DNA of 64,000 nucleotides, taken from Candidatus Hydrogenedentota bacterium. Its GTDB lineage: Bacteria; Hydrogenedentota; Hydrogenedentia; Hydrogenedentales; SLHB01. The notes beneath the pieces are model-generated. The model made no database searches. It worked only from the letters and a program-made list of their open reading frames with translations, and had not been told where the DNA came from. The translations under genes and the position numbers were made by a program. The DNA lies in assembly GCA_045863295.1 (NCBI GenBank), contig BTWA01000007.1:1-64000 (forward strand), read 5' to 3'. Positions 48,355 through 57,948 of this stretch are shown in pieces. The number at the start of each line of letters is the position of its first letter. Position 1 is the first letter of the stretch.

Positions 48355-49991
48355 CTTTTCATTTCCGAAGGTGTTCCCCGCTTCCTTCCGTTTCTCTTCT
48401 TCGGCGAAGGCCTGAATAGACCCGCCCAGTCAAACGACAGGTCACGTAAGACGGCCGACGCCGTGTTTCGGCCCGCGGCGCCCATAATGCCGCCACCCGG
48501 ATGGGTGCTGGCGCCGGTCAGGTAGAGGCCACGAACCGGGCCACGGTACCGGCTGAGGTCAATGGTGGGCCGGAGGGCAAACATCTGATCAATGGACATT
48601 TCCAGATGCATTACGTTGCCCCGAAGCAACCCAAGGGTTCGCTCCAGATAAAGCGGTGTTTCGATCAGGCGATCCACGACCGCACCGCGCACGTTGGGGG
48701 CATATTCGGCAAGTTTATCCAACATCCGATCCGCTTCCCGGTTGGCTATGTCGTCCCAGTTTTCGCGGCTGGCCAGTTCGTAAGGATAATACTGGCCCCA
48801 CAGGAAGAGCACGTGTTTTCCCGGTGGGGCCAGTGTGGGATCCGCGGCGGAAAAGGTCATGGCGATCAATGCCGGATCGCGAGATACTTCTCCGCGCAGG
48901 TAATCCGCATAGGCGCGATCCAGATAGTCCATGTCTGGGCAAAGAAACTGCAGGGCCTGATGATGGGGCGCGCCGGCAACCGTATCGGCGCACGGCGCGG
49001 CGGTGTAGTTCGGCAACTCGTGCATGGCATGCCGTACGATCATCCCGAAGCCGTTTCCAATGCGGCTGTTTGCCATACGATCACGCACCCCTTGCCGGAA
49101 TGTCGCATGCTCCAGGAGTCTCAAAGTCGTATGCAGATGTGCGCCACTGACCACCTTTCGTCCCGTATACTTGTCTCCGTTTTCGGTCTCCGCGCCGACG
49201 ACCCGGTTGTTTTCCACAAGAAAGCGCTTGACTGGAGCGTTTGTGACAATGGTCCCGCCGTTGTCCTCGATCATGCGTGCGAGGGCCTGTGTCAACATTC
49301 CGGATCCGCCCTTCGGACGCCTGATGCCGCTAACGTGATACATGGGATGCCACAACGCAAAAGGAGCAGACAAAGGTTCCATGGGCGGCGGACCGGACTG
49401 GGCTGCCATCCATCCAATCATGGCCTGCACGCGCTTATCCTGAAACGTCTGCTTCAAAAACTGCCCGTAGCCGCCACATATTTTGGGGAGGAGATCCCGG
49501 ATGTTCCGGTTCGTGCGAAACATGTTCAGACCTAGGAATCGAGCGAGGTTTGGAAGCGTAGGCGGGTGGAGAAATGCTTCGACCATCTGTGCCGCGATAG
49601 GTTGCCACGTCTTAATGAAACTGCGATAGGCCTCTGCATCGTGCTGGGAGACTGCGGCGATGCTTTCGCAAGTGCGATCCAGGTCGCGCCACATGGTAAT
49701 GGACGAGCCATCAGGAAATGGCGCGAAGAACAGCGGATCAAGGTCAATGTACTCTAATCCGTATTTCTCCAGTTCGAGGTCTTTTACAATGGGAGTATGG
49801 TTGATTAGGATGTGAGCGCTTCCCCCTAGATCGAACTTGAAGCCCGGTACAATCTCCTCTGTGACGACAGCACCTCCCACGACGCCCCGCCGCTCCAGGA
49901 CTTGTGTCTTCATTCCCGCTTGCGCAAGATATCCCGCACACACGAGGGCATTGTGACCCGCACCTACAACCAGTACATCGCAATCAGGCAC
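48351..49991 (-). CDS. crtO: CrtO-type carotenoid ketolase
   Basis: [57 protein letters not shown]: as recalled for Deinococcus-type CrtO. Confidence 0.75.
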   Translation of the reverse strand: MPDCDVLVVGAGHNALVCAGYLAQAGMKTQVLERRGVVGGAVVTEEIVPGFKFDLGGSAHILINHTPIVKDLELEKYGLEYIDLDPLFFAPFPDGSSITMWRDLDRTCESIAAVSQHDAEAYRSFIKTWQPIAAQMVEAFLHPPTLPNLARFLGLNMFRTNRNIRDLLPKICGGYGQFLKQTFQDKRVQAMIGWMAAQSGPPPMEPLSAPFALWHPMYHVSGIRRPKGGSGMLTQALARMIEDNGGTIVTNAPVKRFLVENNRVVGAETENGDKYTGRKVVSGAHLHTTLRLLEHATFRQGVRDRMANSRIGNGFGMIVRHAMHELPNYTAAPCADTVAGAPHHQALQFLCPDMDYLDRAYADYLRGEVSRDPALIAMTFSAADPTLAPPGKHVLFLWGQYYPYELASRENWDDIANREADRMLDKLAEYAPNVRGAVVDRLIETPLYLERTLGLLRGNVMHLEMSIDQMFALRPTIDLSRYRGPVRGLYLTGASTHPGGGIMGAAGRNTASAVLRDLSFDWAGLFRPSPKKRNGRKRGTPSEMKR

Positions 49992-50060
49992 GGCGGTTCA
50001 CTCCCCGTGTGAAGCGGTAGACCTTGGCTAAATCGCACAATCTCCCTTTCTTGTTGCGTT

Positions 50061-51056
50061 TCATAGAATCGACTCCAGCGGCATTCCGGCCAAGCTGCCG
50101 GCGACACACGCGCGAACGGGAAGGATGTCCAAGGGAAATGAAAATACCCTTGTGATGGTGGCAGGTCTGAAGCGATGGACGGTTCTAATCGGGAATTCGA
50201 GCACGGACATGGAGACCGCCTTGGTCGCCAACGCCAATTTGCCAGCCTTGGATACGTGGGCACGCCCACTTTGGATGTCCCACCGACTGCGAGCGATCTG
50301 CGTGCCTATGGACGAGTAAACCATGCGGGCTGTGCGAACACCAAGCGCGGATCGCCAGGAGAGATACCGAAGACCCTCGTCGGCGGATGCATAGTATTTA
50401 TCCGCTTCCTCCAGTAAGTCCCGCACACAGCGGCCAAGGGCCAACGCATGGCCGTCAGTCATGGGTCTTCCAGCGCCGCGGGAAATGCCTCCAGCGCCGT
50501 GCCTTTCCAGCAGCGTCTCGGGAACGTACAGGCGCCCGCGATTCCAATCCTCCAGAATATCTCTGCAGATGTTTGTGATTTGCATGGCAATTCCGAGGTG
50601 GGCGGCGCGTGGCAAGGCGTGCGGATGCGTGACGCCCAGCACATGACACATCATGAGTCCGACCGTTCCGGCCACCCGAAAGCTGTACAGCAACAGATCA
50701 TCCATCGTGCGGTATTGCCACCCATCTGCGTCCATCTCCATGCCAGCCAACAGTTCGTTTGGATAGTCAAAAGGTACGTTGTACTTTCTCACGACCGATT
50801 GGAACTCGGCCAGGATGGGGTCGGTGAACTGTTCACCGGCATAGATGGCTCGGAGTTCAGCTTTCAGATCGTTGACCACGCGCCAATGATCCTTTTGGGG
50901 GGCAAGATCGATGGCATCGTCGGCCCTCCTGCACCACGCGTATACGACGGCCACTTCGTCACGATGGTTTTTGTGCAGGAGAGCCGACGCCAAGGAGAAA
51001 CTCTTGCTATGGTGGGCAATGATCGCTCTGCTCTCTAGGATGGCCGGTTTGATCAT
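50061..51056 (-). CDS. crtB: Phytoene synthase
   Basis: HSKSFSLAS, YAWCRRADDAID, GMEMD, VAGTVGLMM, MQITNICRDILED; ATG 51056 overlaps the crtI stop. Confidence 0.93.
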   Translation of the reverse strand: MIKPAILESRAIIAHHSKSFSLASALLHKNHRDEVAVVYAWCRRADDAIDLAPQKDHWRVVNDLKAELRAIYAGEQFTDPILAEFQSVVRKYNVPFDYPNELLAGMEMDADGWQYRTMDDLLLYSFRVAGTVGLMMCHVLGVTHPHALPRAAHLGIAMQITNICRDILEDWNRGRLYVPETLLERHGAGGISRGAGRPMTDGHALALGRCVRDLLEEADKYYASADEGLRYLSWRSALGVRTARMVYSSIGTQIARSRWDIQSGRAHVSKAGKLALATKAVSMSVLEFPIRTVHRFRPATITRVFSFPLDILPVRACVAGSLAGMPLESIL

Positions 51057-51337
51057 GCGAATTGTCCTGCCGCGATATCCGAGGCTATAACGCTCATGGT
51101 CGCCTTGGCGGAGTTGATCACGCCTGGCAGCCCCGCGCCTGGATGTGTGCCCGCGCCGACGATATAGAGGCCCGGAATCTTTGGATCTTTGTTGTGCGGC
51201 CGGAACCACGCGCTCTGGCGCAGCGTGGGGGCGACAGAGAATGCGGAACCTTGGTAGGCGTTCAGGGTTGATTGGAAATCTTTCGGGGTAAACCAACGCT
51301 TTACAACGACGTGTTTACGCAGGCCGGGCATGTGTTT
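51053..51337 (-). pseudogene. crtI: 3' remnant (about 95 codons) of phytoene desaturase
   Basis: FTPKDF...LNAYQGSAFS..PTL.QSAWFRPHN, LYIVGAGTHPGAGLPGV..SAKAT is the CrtI C-terminus; the upstream frame is unrelated. Confidence 0.88.
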
Positions 51338-51369
51338 GACACAATCGGGATTTGCCTCGACACAAACCG

Positions 51370-51404
51370 GGGGCGGGTCCCGCCCCGTGGGCGGGACCGG
51401 CCCC
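51370..51404. repeat. GC-rich REP-like palindrome next to the crtI breakpoint
   Basis: GGGGC-GGGTCCCGCCC-cgt-GGGCGGGACCG-GCCCC. Confidence 0.6.
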
Positions 51405-51477
51405 GCGTATTTCGTTTGGAAGGATCGGCCCCTGCTGCTATCGTACTTCCATCGTTCGAAGAAATGGAGTATCTGTC

Positions 51478-52386
51478 ATGCAATGGGTTCCCCGAATTGG
51501 CTGTATTTCCGCCGTGATGGCGGGCTCTCTCCTCGCGTCCTGGTTTGCCGGGGCCAGCGCGGATGAGTTGCAGCGTCCCGATCCAGGAAAGAGAGTCAAG
51601 GTGTTTATATTCGCCGGCCAATCCAATATGGAAGGCCGGGCCGATGGAGAAAGGCTGAGCCCTGGCGACCGGGCCCGCATCGAGCGTGCGCAGCGGCAGG
51701 TGCAACTTGCTTACAACTACGAGCCCGTTGAGCCCCTTGATGTGGTCGCGCCTTCGGATCGGATCAAGGAAACGTACAAAATTGATCGCATGTTCGGCCC
51801 CGAGTTGTTTTTTGGCGTGGCCCTGTCGGAGGCATGGCCCGAGGAGAAATTCCTGTTCATCAAACGTACCGAGGGGGGCACATCGTTACACGGGTGCTGG
51901 AATCCGGATTGGGATGAGAAGAAAGCAGCCGTCATGGGCGAGGAAAAGGAACCCAGGCTGTACGGCGAAATGGCGTCGTATGTAAAGGATGTGTTGTCGG
52001 GCTATGCGCGGGACGAGTACGAGATCTGTGCGTTCTTGTGGGTGCAAGGCGAGGCCGACGATGGCACGGAAGAATCCGAAGCAGCATACGGCGCCAATCT
52101 GCGCAGGCTTGTCGAACAAGTGAGGAAAGACACAGGAAAAGCCGAATTGCCATTTCTATTTTTTGATGTGGGCAAGGGAAAAGTGGAGGAGGGCATGAAA
52201 TCAGTCGCGGATACCGTGCCTGGCGTATTCATGATGCCGCAGAGCCCCGATCCGGATTCGCCTGATTTCTACACGAAGATTCCGAACGGCCACTACGATC
52301 ACGAAGGTCTCAAAAAGCTCGGCGAACGGTTTGCGACGCTGTACTTGAATACAGTCGAGGTCAGGGCGGCAAATTCCGGTAAATGA
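51478..52386 (+). CDS. Exported SGNH carbohydrate esterase (sialate O-acetylesterase/SASA-like)
   Basis: FIFAGQSNMEG, FGPE, GGTSL, WVQGEAD, GHY. Confidence 0.85.
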   Translation: MQWVPRIGCISAVMAGSLLASWFAGASADELQRPDPGKRVKVFIFAGQSNMEGRADGERLSPGDRARIERAQRQVQLAYNYEPVEPLDVVAPSDRIKETYKIDRMFGPELFFGVALSEAWPEEKFLFIKRTEGGTSLHGCWNPDWDEKKAAVMGEEKEPRLYGEMASYVKDVLSGYARDEYEICAFLWVQGEADDGTEESEAAYGANLRRLVEQVRKDTGKAELPFLFFDVGKGKVEEGMKSVADTVPGVFMMPQSPDPDSPDFYTKIPNGHYDHEGLKKLGERFATLYLNTVEVRAANSGK

Positions 52387-52436
52387 TGCACTTTATCTGA
52401 ATTGCTTTTGTGTCCGCGCTCCCCTACGATCCCTGC

Positions 52437-53753
52437 ATGAGTGAAAACCTGTTTGAACACGCCGCAGCCGCGCAACTGCGCAAGGAAGCACCGTTGGCGC
52501 GGCGAATCGCGCCACGCACGCTGGACGAGCACATCGGCCAGGAACACATTCTGGGTCCGGGCAAGATCCTGCGCAGGGCTATCGAGGCGGATCGCATTAC
52601 TTCACTTGTTCTCTACGGTCCCCCGGGATGCGGCAAGACCGCGCTTGCCCGGCTGATTGCCATGCGCACAAAGTCGTCGTTCGAGCACCTCAATGCCGTG
52701 ACTTCCGGCGTGAAGGACGTCCGTGAACTCATCGCCATGGCCAAGCAGCGGCGTATTCAGGACGCACGCAAGACCATCGTATTCATCGACGAAATTCACC
52801 GGTTTAATCGCACTCAGCAAGACGCGCTATTGCCGGATGTGGAAAACGGGACCATCACGTTAATCGGGGCGACGACCGAGAATCCGTTTTTTTCAATCGT
52901 CGCGCCGCTGCTGTCGCGTTCTCAGGTGTTTGAACTCCATCCATTGACCGAGGAACATCTGCTGACGCTACTGCGCCGCGCATTGGTCCATCCCGAGAAC
53001 GGCTGGAAGGAACTGGCCATTGAGACGGACGAGGATGCGTTGCGTCACATGGTTACCTACGCCGAAGGAGATGCCCGGCGCGCGCTGAACGCGTTGGAGA
53101 TTGCCGTGCTTACCACGCCTGCCGGCGATACTGGCGTTATTCATATCACGATCGATGTTGCGCAGGAATCGATTCAGCGGAAGATGCTGCATTACGATGG
53201 AACCGGCGACGAACATTACGACGCGGTGTCCGCGTTTATCAAGTCGATGCGCGGCACCGATCCCGACTCCGCGTTGTACTGGATGGCGCGGATGCTTGAA
53301 GCGGGGGAGGACCCGCGTTTCATTGCGCGGCGCATTTGCATCGCGGCGGCGGAAGACGTGGGCAACGCGGATCCGATGGCCCTTGTGGTGGCGACCAATG
53401 CGTGGCAGGCCTGCGAATTCATTGGCATGCCCGAGGCGCAGATTATCCTGGCGCAAGCGGCTACCTATGTGGCCTGCGCCGCGAAATCGAATGCCGCCTA
53501 CATGGGCATCAACCTCGCCCGGCAGGACGTGCGCGAAAAGACAACCATCCCGGTGCCCAAACACTTGCAAGACGCCCACTACAAAGGCGCGGCGCGCCTC
53601 GGCCGGGGCGAGGGATATCAGTATCCGCATGACGCGCCGGAAGGGTATGTGGAACAGAATTATGGCGTGCCAAGGGGAAGCTTTTATCATCCCGTCGATC
53701 GCGGAAAGGAAATGGAGTTTAAAGAGCGGTTGGAAGGGTTGAGCGAGGACTAA
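52437..53753 (+). CDS. rarA: Replication-associated recombination protein A
   Basis: PLARRIAP, GPPGCGKT, FIDEIHRFN, GATTENP, SAFIKSMRGTDPD, EDVGNADP, YQYPHD. Confidence 0.96.
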   Translation: MSENLFEHAAAAQLRKEAPLARRIAPRTLDEHIGQEHILGPGKILRRAIEADRITSLVLYGPPGCGKTALARLIAMRTKSSFEHLNAVTSGVKDVRELIAMAKQRRIQDARKTIVFIDEIHRFNRTQQDALLPDVENGTITLIGATTENPFFSIVAPLLSRSQVFELHPLTEEHLLTLLRRALVHPENGWKELAIETDEDALRHMVTYAEGDARRALNALEIAVLTTPAGDTGVIHITIDVAQESIQRKMLHYDGTGDEHYDAVSAFIKSMRGTDPDSALYWMARMLEAGEDPRFIARRICIAAAEDVGNADPMALVVATNAWQACEFIGMPEAQIILAQAATYVACAAKSNAAYMGINLARQDVREKTTIPVPKHLQDAHYKGAARLGRGEGYQYPHDAPEGYVEQNYGVPRGSFYHPVDRGKEMEFKERLEGLSED

Positions 53754-53775
53754 TTCTTCCAGGCACAATGACCAT

Positions 53776-53804
53776 TTGACGTATAACGTTATGCGTTATA
53801 AACT
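53776..53804 (+). promoter_or_regulatory. higBA sigma70 promoter with palindromic operator
   Basis: TTGACG-N17-TAAACT with TATAACG-N5-CGTTATA between and over the boxes. Confidence 0.75.
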
Positions 53805-53812
53805 GAGTGGCA

Positions 53813-54094
53813 ATGATTCAATCATTTGCGTGCAAAGAGACAGCCAAGATCTTTCGGCGCGAGTATTCGGGTCGCTTTCCAGCAGCGATTCAACAAGCCG
53901 TGCTGCGGAAGTTGCGCATGCTCCATCGCGCGACCTCATTGGACGACCTTCGCGTTCCCCCGGGCAATCGGCTTGAGAAACTGAGTGGCGACTGGCAGGG
54001 CTTCTTTAGCATACGCGTCAATGTCCAGTGGAGGCTTTGTTTCGAGTGGCGAAGTGGAGATGCGTTCAATGTGTCGTTGGTCGATTACCACTAG
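53813..54094 (+). CDS. higB: HigB (RelE/ParE-family) toxin
   Basis: MIQSFACKET, DLRVPPGNRLEKLSG, SIRVNVQWRLCFEW, VDYH. Confidence 0.93.
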   Translation: MIQSFACKETAKIFRREYSGRFPAAIQQAVLRKLRMLHRATSLDDLRVPPGNRLEKLSGDWQGFFSIRVNVQWRLCFEWRSGDAFNVSLVDYH

Positions 54095-54106
54095 GAGAAT
54101 CCGACA

Positions 54107-54403
54107 ATGCCCACTAAGTTGAAGCCGGTGCATCCCGGTGAAGTGCTTTACTGTGAGTTTTTGGAGCCACTTGGCCTTAGCCAGAACAGGCTTGCGGGCG
54201 AGCTCGGCGTTCCTCCTCGACGCATCAACGAAATCGTGCTGGGGCAACGCCGCGTAACGGCCGACACCGCGCTGCGTCTCGCCCGCTATTTCGGCAACTC
54301 CGCGCAGTTTTGGTTGGGTCTTCAAATGGACTACGACTTGGACGTGGCGGAAGACACTTCAGGCCGTCAAATCGCAAAGGAAGTACGGGTGCGGGCGCTT
54401 TGA
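54107..54403 (+). CDS. higA: HigA antitoxin
   Basis: HPGEVL..EFLEPLGLSQ, RRINEIV, ADTALRLARYFG, FWLGLQMDYDL. Confidence 0.95.
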   Translation: MPTKLKPVHPGEVLYCEFLEPLGLSQNRLAGELGVPPRRINEIVLGQRRVTADTALRLARYFGNSAQFWLGLQMDYDLDVAEDTSGRQIAKEVRVRAL

Positions 54404-54628
54404 TGATGAATGAAGTCAGGTGGGGCGCTTTCGCCAAATGCGCTTGCCCACTAAGCAGCCACCTCGCCCACATCCAGGAACAGCAACGCCGTCGCCAGCT
54501 ACTTATTTGGACTGTGGCGGCCGCGTCGCCGCTTTCGCGTCGCCATGTAGCTGCTTCCACATCGGCCCAATCCAACTCGAACCGACTTCATAGGCGAAGG
54601 ACACGTGGAAAGGAGCAACTCGGAAATC

Positions 54629-54883
54629 ATGATAAACAGCAAAGACCATCCCGTCGAATGGGCTATGTTGCTCTACGAGTTGGACGACGCGCGGGACCAC
54701 TTGGAGTCGCTCCTAAAGGAAATGGTGGCGTCCGGTTCGATTGAGGACGAGGGTTTTCACATTCAACTGCGACATATTTACGAGCATCTCAACCGGGCTT
54801 GGCATAGCCGAAACTTCGTTGGAGAAATGCCCAATGAACGGTATGAGGAATTCTCCCGGCTTCCCAATGACCTTAAATTATGA
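54629..54883 (+). CDS. Small acidic helical hypothetical protein
   Basis: AAGGAG upstream; protein-like composition (HIYEHLNRAWH). Confidence 0.6.
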   Translation: MINSKDHPVEWAMLLYELDDARDHLESLLKEMVASGSIEDEGFHIQLRHIYEHLNRAWHSRNFVGEMPNERYEEFSRLPNDLKL

Positions 54884-54932
54884 TGAGGCACCGGAAACAA
54901 CGTCGATGAATCTGTGGATGAAGAAGAGTATA

Positions 54933-55016
54933 GAACCACAGATGGACACGGATGCACACAGATGTGAGAAGAATCAGCCCGAATTATCCGTGTCAATCCG
55001 AGTTCATCCGTGTTTC
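54933..55016. repeat. Inverted repeat built from 10-nt CAC(A/G)GAT units
   Basis: Left arm GAACCACAGATGGACACGGATGCACACAGAT; right arm ATCCGTGTCAATCCGAGTTCATCCGTGTTTC. Confidence 0.8.
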
Positions 55017-55088
55017 AATTCCGATCGGCTGCGCCCCTTGGGTTGGTGGGCTGTCGGCGCGCTAGCGATTTAGCGGCGGGAGTGGGTC

Positions 55089-55229
55089 GCATTAAGGATT
55101 GTCACGAAATTCCGGCAATACGGCGGAGTTTGGCTCAGCCTGCAGATGGATTATGACTTGGCGATTGACATAGCCAAGAGCGAAAGGCACATTTCGCGAG
55201 AACTGCAACGACGGCCTGACCGTGGTTGA
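55089..55229 (+). pseudogene. higA: Degraded 3' fragment of a second higA
   Basis: Correcting one extra and one missing base gives ALRLSRNSGNTAEFWLSLQMDYDLA vs HigA ALRLARYFGNSAQFWLGLQMDYDLD. Confidence 0.75.
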
Positions 55230-55302
55230 CAATTAATATGGATGCCACTCTCTGGACCGAGTATCGAGTGTTACTGGCACTACCCTTGAATTGTTAACAA
55301 TG

Positions 55303-56487
55303 CTATTGATCTGTCTCCCCCGTCTTTATCCACGCTTCATCGAACCGCACGTGCTTGATCGCTTCGTTGGGCGAAGGCGAATACGTGTACACGCAGTGGA
55401 TTGAGCCGTCCTTTGCCTGAATGACCGAGGGATAGGACGCAGCGCATTCTTCGCCGTGTTTTTCGAGGTGGCGCTTCCATTTCCAGGTCTGGCCTTCGTC
55501 GTCGCTGAGCAGTGCGGCCAACTGGTTGCGACCGCCTCGCGCGCCGCCTTCGGTGTCATTGCACACCATGACCCAGTTTCCGCTTTTCAAGACGATGCAA
55601 TCGACGCTGGAATCGGGATTGGGTAAGTCGGTCATTTCCGTATGAGACCACGTCAGGCCGGCGTCGTTGGATACCGCCTGCGGGACCCGTCGGGCCGCGC
55701 CCCTATCGCGCATGTAGGCCACAATGCTGCCGTCTTTCCTGGGCACAAAACAGGCCTGCACATTGATGTTGAGCACGGGCTCGCTAAACGTCCACGTCTT
55801 GCCCCAGTCTTCTGTGAACGCGGCAAGCGAGCAGGCAAACCGGTCGGAGTAAAGCGGCAGCATGATGCGGTTGCCGCTGGTCATGATGGGATGAATACGT
55901 GTCATCCAGCCCATTCGTTGGTTCAACTTGTCCGTCACCGCTGCCTTGGCATCTTCAATCCATGTCGGATACTTCGGGTGCGTCGCGAGGTAATCCGCGT
56001 ATTGTTGCGGGTAGTTCTCGAAATCCTCGAGCAGCCGCGTGTCCAGGTTGGTGGGGCGGACATGCATGATGTCCTGCCAATCCCATACCGGCGCAGCGTC
56101 ACCGTCGGGATTCTTCGACGTAAGGTATTTCACCAAGTAGGAATTGTAGGTGTTGTCCTGGCTGGTGATGAAAAACAGCCACAGAGTCCCGCGCGGATCG
56201 ACAAACAACACCGGATTCTGGTCGGGAAGATCTTGTGAATCCGCCATCAGAAACGGTTCGGACCATTTTCCCGCGCCGGCTTTCTTTCGAGATCCCTGGA
56301 TAATAAGCGTGTCGTCGCTTTTCTCGCCTTTGCCGTAGAACCACGCCGCGATCAGATCTCCATTGGGCAGTTCTGCAATGGACGCGCCGTGCGTGTGCAT
56401 CGGTACCGGGTCAAAAATGGCTTGCGCTTCATGAACCGGCGCTTGCGAGATTGCCAAAAACAGAATCGTGGCCGCCGTGACAAACAT
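55303..56487 (-). CDS. Exported BNR/Asp-box sialidase-family protein
   Basis: ELPNGDLIAAWF, NPVLF, Asp boxes TEDWGKTW, SNDAGLTW, SDDEGQTW, SYPSVIQ. Confidence 0.85.
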   Translation of the reverse strand: MFVTAATILFLAISQAPVHEAQAIFDPVPMHTHGASIAELPNGDLIAAWFYGKGEKSDDTLIIQGSRKKAGAGKWSEPFLMADSQDLPDQNPVLFVDPRGTLWLFFITSQDNTYNSYLVKYLTSKNPDGDAAPVWDWQDIMHVRPTNLDTRLLEDFENYPQQYADYLATHPKYPTWIEDAKAAVTDKLNQRMGWMTRIHPIMTSGNRIMLPLYSDRFACSLAAFTEDWGKTWTFSEPVLNINVQACFVPRKDGSIVAYMRDRGAARRVPQAVSNDAGLTWSHTEMTDLPNPDSSVDCIVLKSGNWVMVCNDTEGGARGGRNQLAALLSDDEGQTWKWKRHLEKHGEECAASYPSVIQAKDGSIHCVYTYSPSPNEAIKHVRFDEAWIKTGETDQ

Positions 56488-56535
56488 GGTCGTATCCCCC
56501 CGTATGATTCGCCCGGATCGAAGAGTCTACCAGAA

Positions 56536-57336
56536 TCAGCCGGTACCGTATTCAACCGTTACCAGGGCCAGTCCGTGCGGCGGTGCGGAATGCCCATGGT
56601 AGGGTCCGGGCGACTGGAGCAATTCCTCGATCCGTCTTTCCGGCACATGGCCTCTAGACACGTCCACCAGAGTACCGGTGATATTTCGCACCATTTTGTA
56701 GAGAAACCCGTTACCGTGGAAATCCAGCCGCCATTGCTCCTCGTCCGCGCACGGAGTCAAAATTCCGCCCTGGCTCAACGTAATACTGTGAATGGTCCGC
56801 ACCGTGGAGGCCTTTGGCGACGCATTCCCTCCTTGAAAACCGGCGAAGTCATGGGTCCCCGTCAGTCGGGGCAACAGTGCCCGCAGCCGGTCCATGTCGA
56901 CGCCCTTGCGGATACGCCAGGCGAACTTGCCCGCCCACGGGTCGGGCTCGCCGGCGGTCGTAATGGCATAGGCGTAGCGTTTGCCCGTGGCTGAGAACTG
57001 GGCGTTGAATTCCGGCGACGCGGGTTCCAGCGAGTCGATTCGAATTTCCGGTTTCAGGATGCCTGACATGGCACGGCGAAGCAGCTCAAAATCCTCGTCT
57101 TCCCACCATAGGAACGACATGACCTGCCCCAATGCGTGCACTCCCGCGTCGGTGCGGCCCGAACCCTGAACGGTTACGGGCTGTCGGGCCAACATGGCCA
57201 GCGCGTCCTGAATGACTCCTTGCACCGTCCTCAAGCCGGGCTGAAACTGCCAGCCGTGGAAGCCTTCGCCGTTATACCGCAAGACGGCTTTGATGTTTTG
57301 GGTGCGCGGGAAATCATTTTTGTGAATTGTTGACAC
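56536..57336 (-). CDS. truA: tRNA pseudouridine(38-40) synthase
   Basis: YNGEGFHGWQ, GSGRTDAGVHALGQ, GTHDF, GNGFLYKMVR, APPHGL. Confidence 0.96.
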   Translation of the reverse strand: MSTIHKNDFPRTQNIKAVLRYNGEGFHGWQFQPGLRTVQGVIQDALAMLARQPVTVQGSGRTDAGVHALGQVMSFLWWEDEDFELLRRAMSGILKPEIRIDSLEPASPEFNAQFSATGKRYAYAITTAGEPDPWAGKFAWRIRKGVDMDRLRALLPRLTGTHDFAGFQGGNASPKASTVRTIHSITLSQGGILTPCADEEQWRLDFHGNGFLYKMVRNITGTLVDVSRGHVPERRIEELLQSPGPYHGHSAPPHGLALVTVEYGTG

Positions 57337-57392
57337 TTTGAACGGCCCTAGATTACGCTTGTCCCCGGCAACGAGAGCGGAGATTACTCGAA

Positions 57393-57833
57393 ATGAAGCA
57401 TTTTGCCTTTTTGTTGGCAGGCCTTATGGTGGCATCCTTTGGTTCCGGGTGCAACACGTTGGGCCGTCAGCCTCAAATGTCCGAGGCGGCCATTGTCCCG
57501 GCGGCGTTGAAACCCGGCGAAAGTGCAGTGATTAGCGCGAAGATCACGGACAAACAGCGCATCGTCGATCGTGTCGTCGCCATTGTCAAAGAAGACACGC
57601 GCATGAAGCTGATGTTGAAAGACGATGGTCTGGCGCCAGACGCCAAGGCGGGCGACGGGGTTTGGACGGTGGAAGTCGAAGTGCCTTTTATGGCGGCCCC
57701 AGGCAAGTATACGCTTGAAATCACGGCGTTCAACCGTGAAGGCGGCGTGATCAACGTAAAGCAGGCGGACAAATCCGAAGGTCCTTTGGTGGCCGTGACG
57801 GAGTTGGTCATCAATTATCCGCCTGAGCAATAA
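57393..57833 (+). CDS. Lipoprotein with DDG..D..AGDG.W (choice-of-anchor X-like) motif
   Basis: Lipobox-like GSGC; LKDDGLAPDAKAGDGVWT. Confidence 0.7.
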   Translation: MKHFAFLLAGLMVASFGSGCNTLGRQPQMSEAAIVPAALKPGESAVISAKITDKQRIVDRVVAIVKEDTRMKLMLKDDGLAPDAKAGDGVWTVEVEVPFMAAPGKYTLEITAFNREGGVINVKQADKSEGPLVAVTELVINYPPEQ

Positions 57834-57876
57834 GCTGCAAATAGGCGTGCAGGCGCCTGACCCGAAATTGACAATC

Positions 57877-57910
57877 CGATCCCCTCTCGCTGCAGAGGGG
57901 ATCGTTGTTT
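57877..57910 (+). terminator. Intrinsic terminator
   Basis: CGATCCCCTCT...AGAGGGGATCG-TTGTTT. Confidence 0.7.
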
Positions 57911-57948
57911 ATGGCCAACGTGATGTCAGACAGCAGAGGTAGAGTTGC

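Noticed and set aside
50061..51296. 411-aa ORF-track version of crtB
   Set aside because: The N-terminal 80 aa is an off-frame reading of the crtI remnant; the real start is ATG 51056
54933..55016. CsrA sponge reading of the GACACGGATG decamers
   Set aside because: The GGA motifs would be buried in a long duplex, and no promoter or terminator defines a transcript
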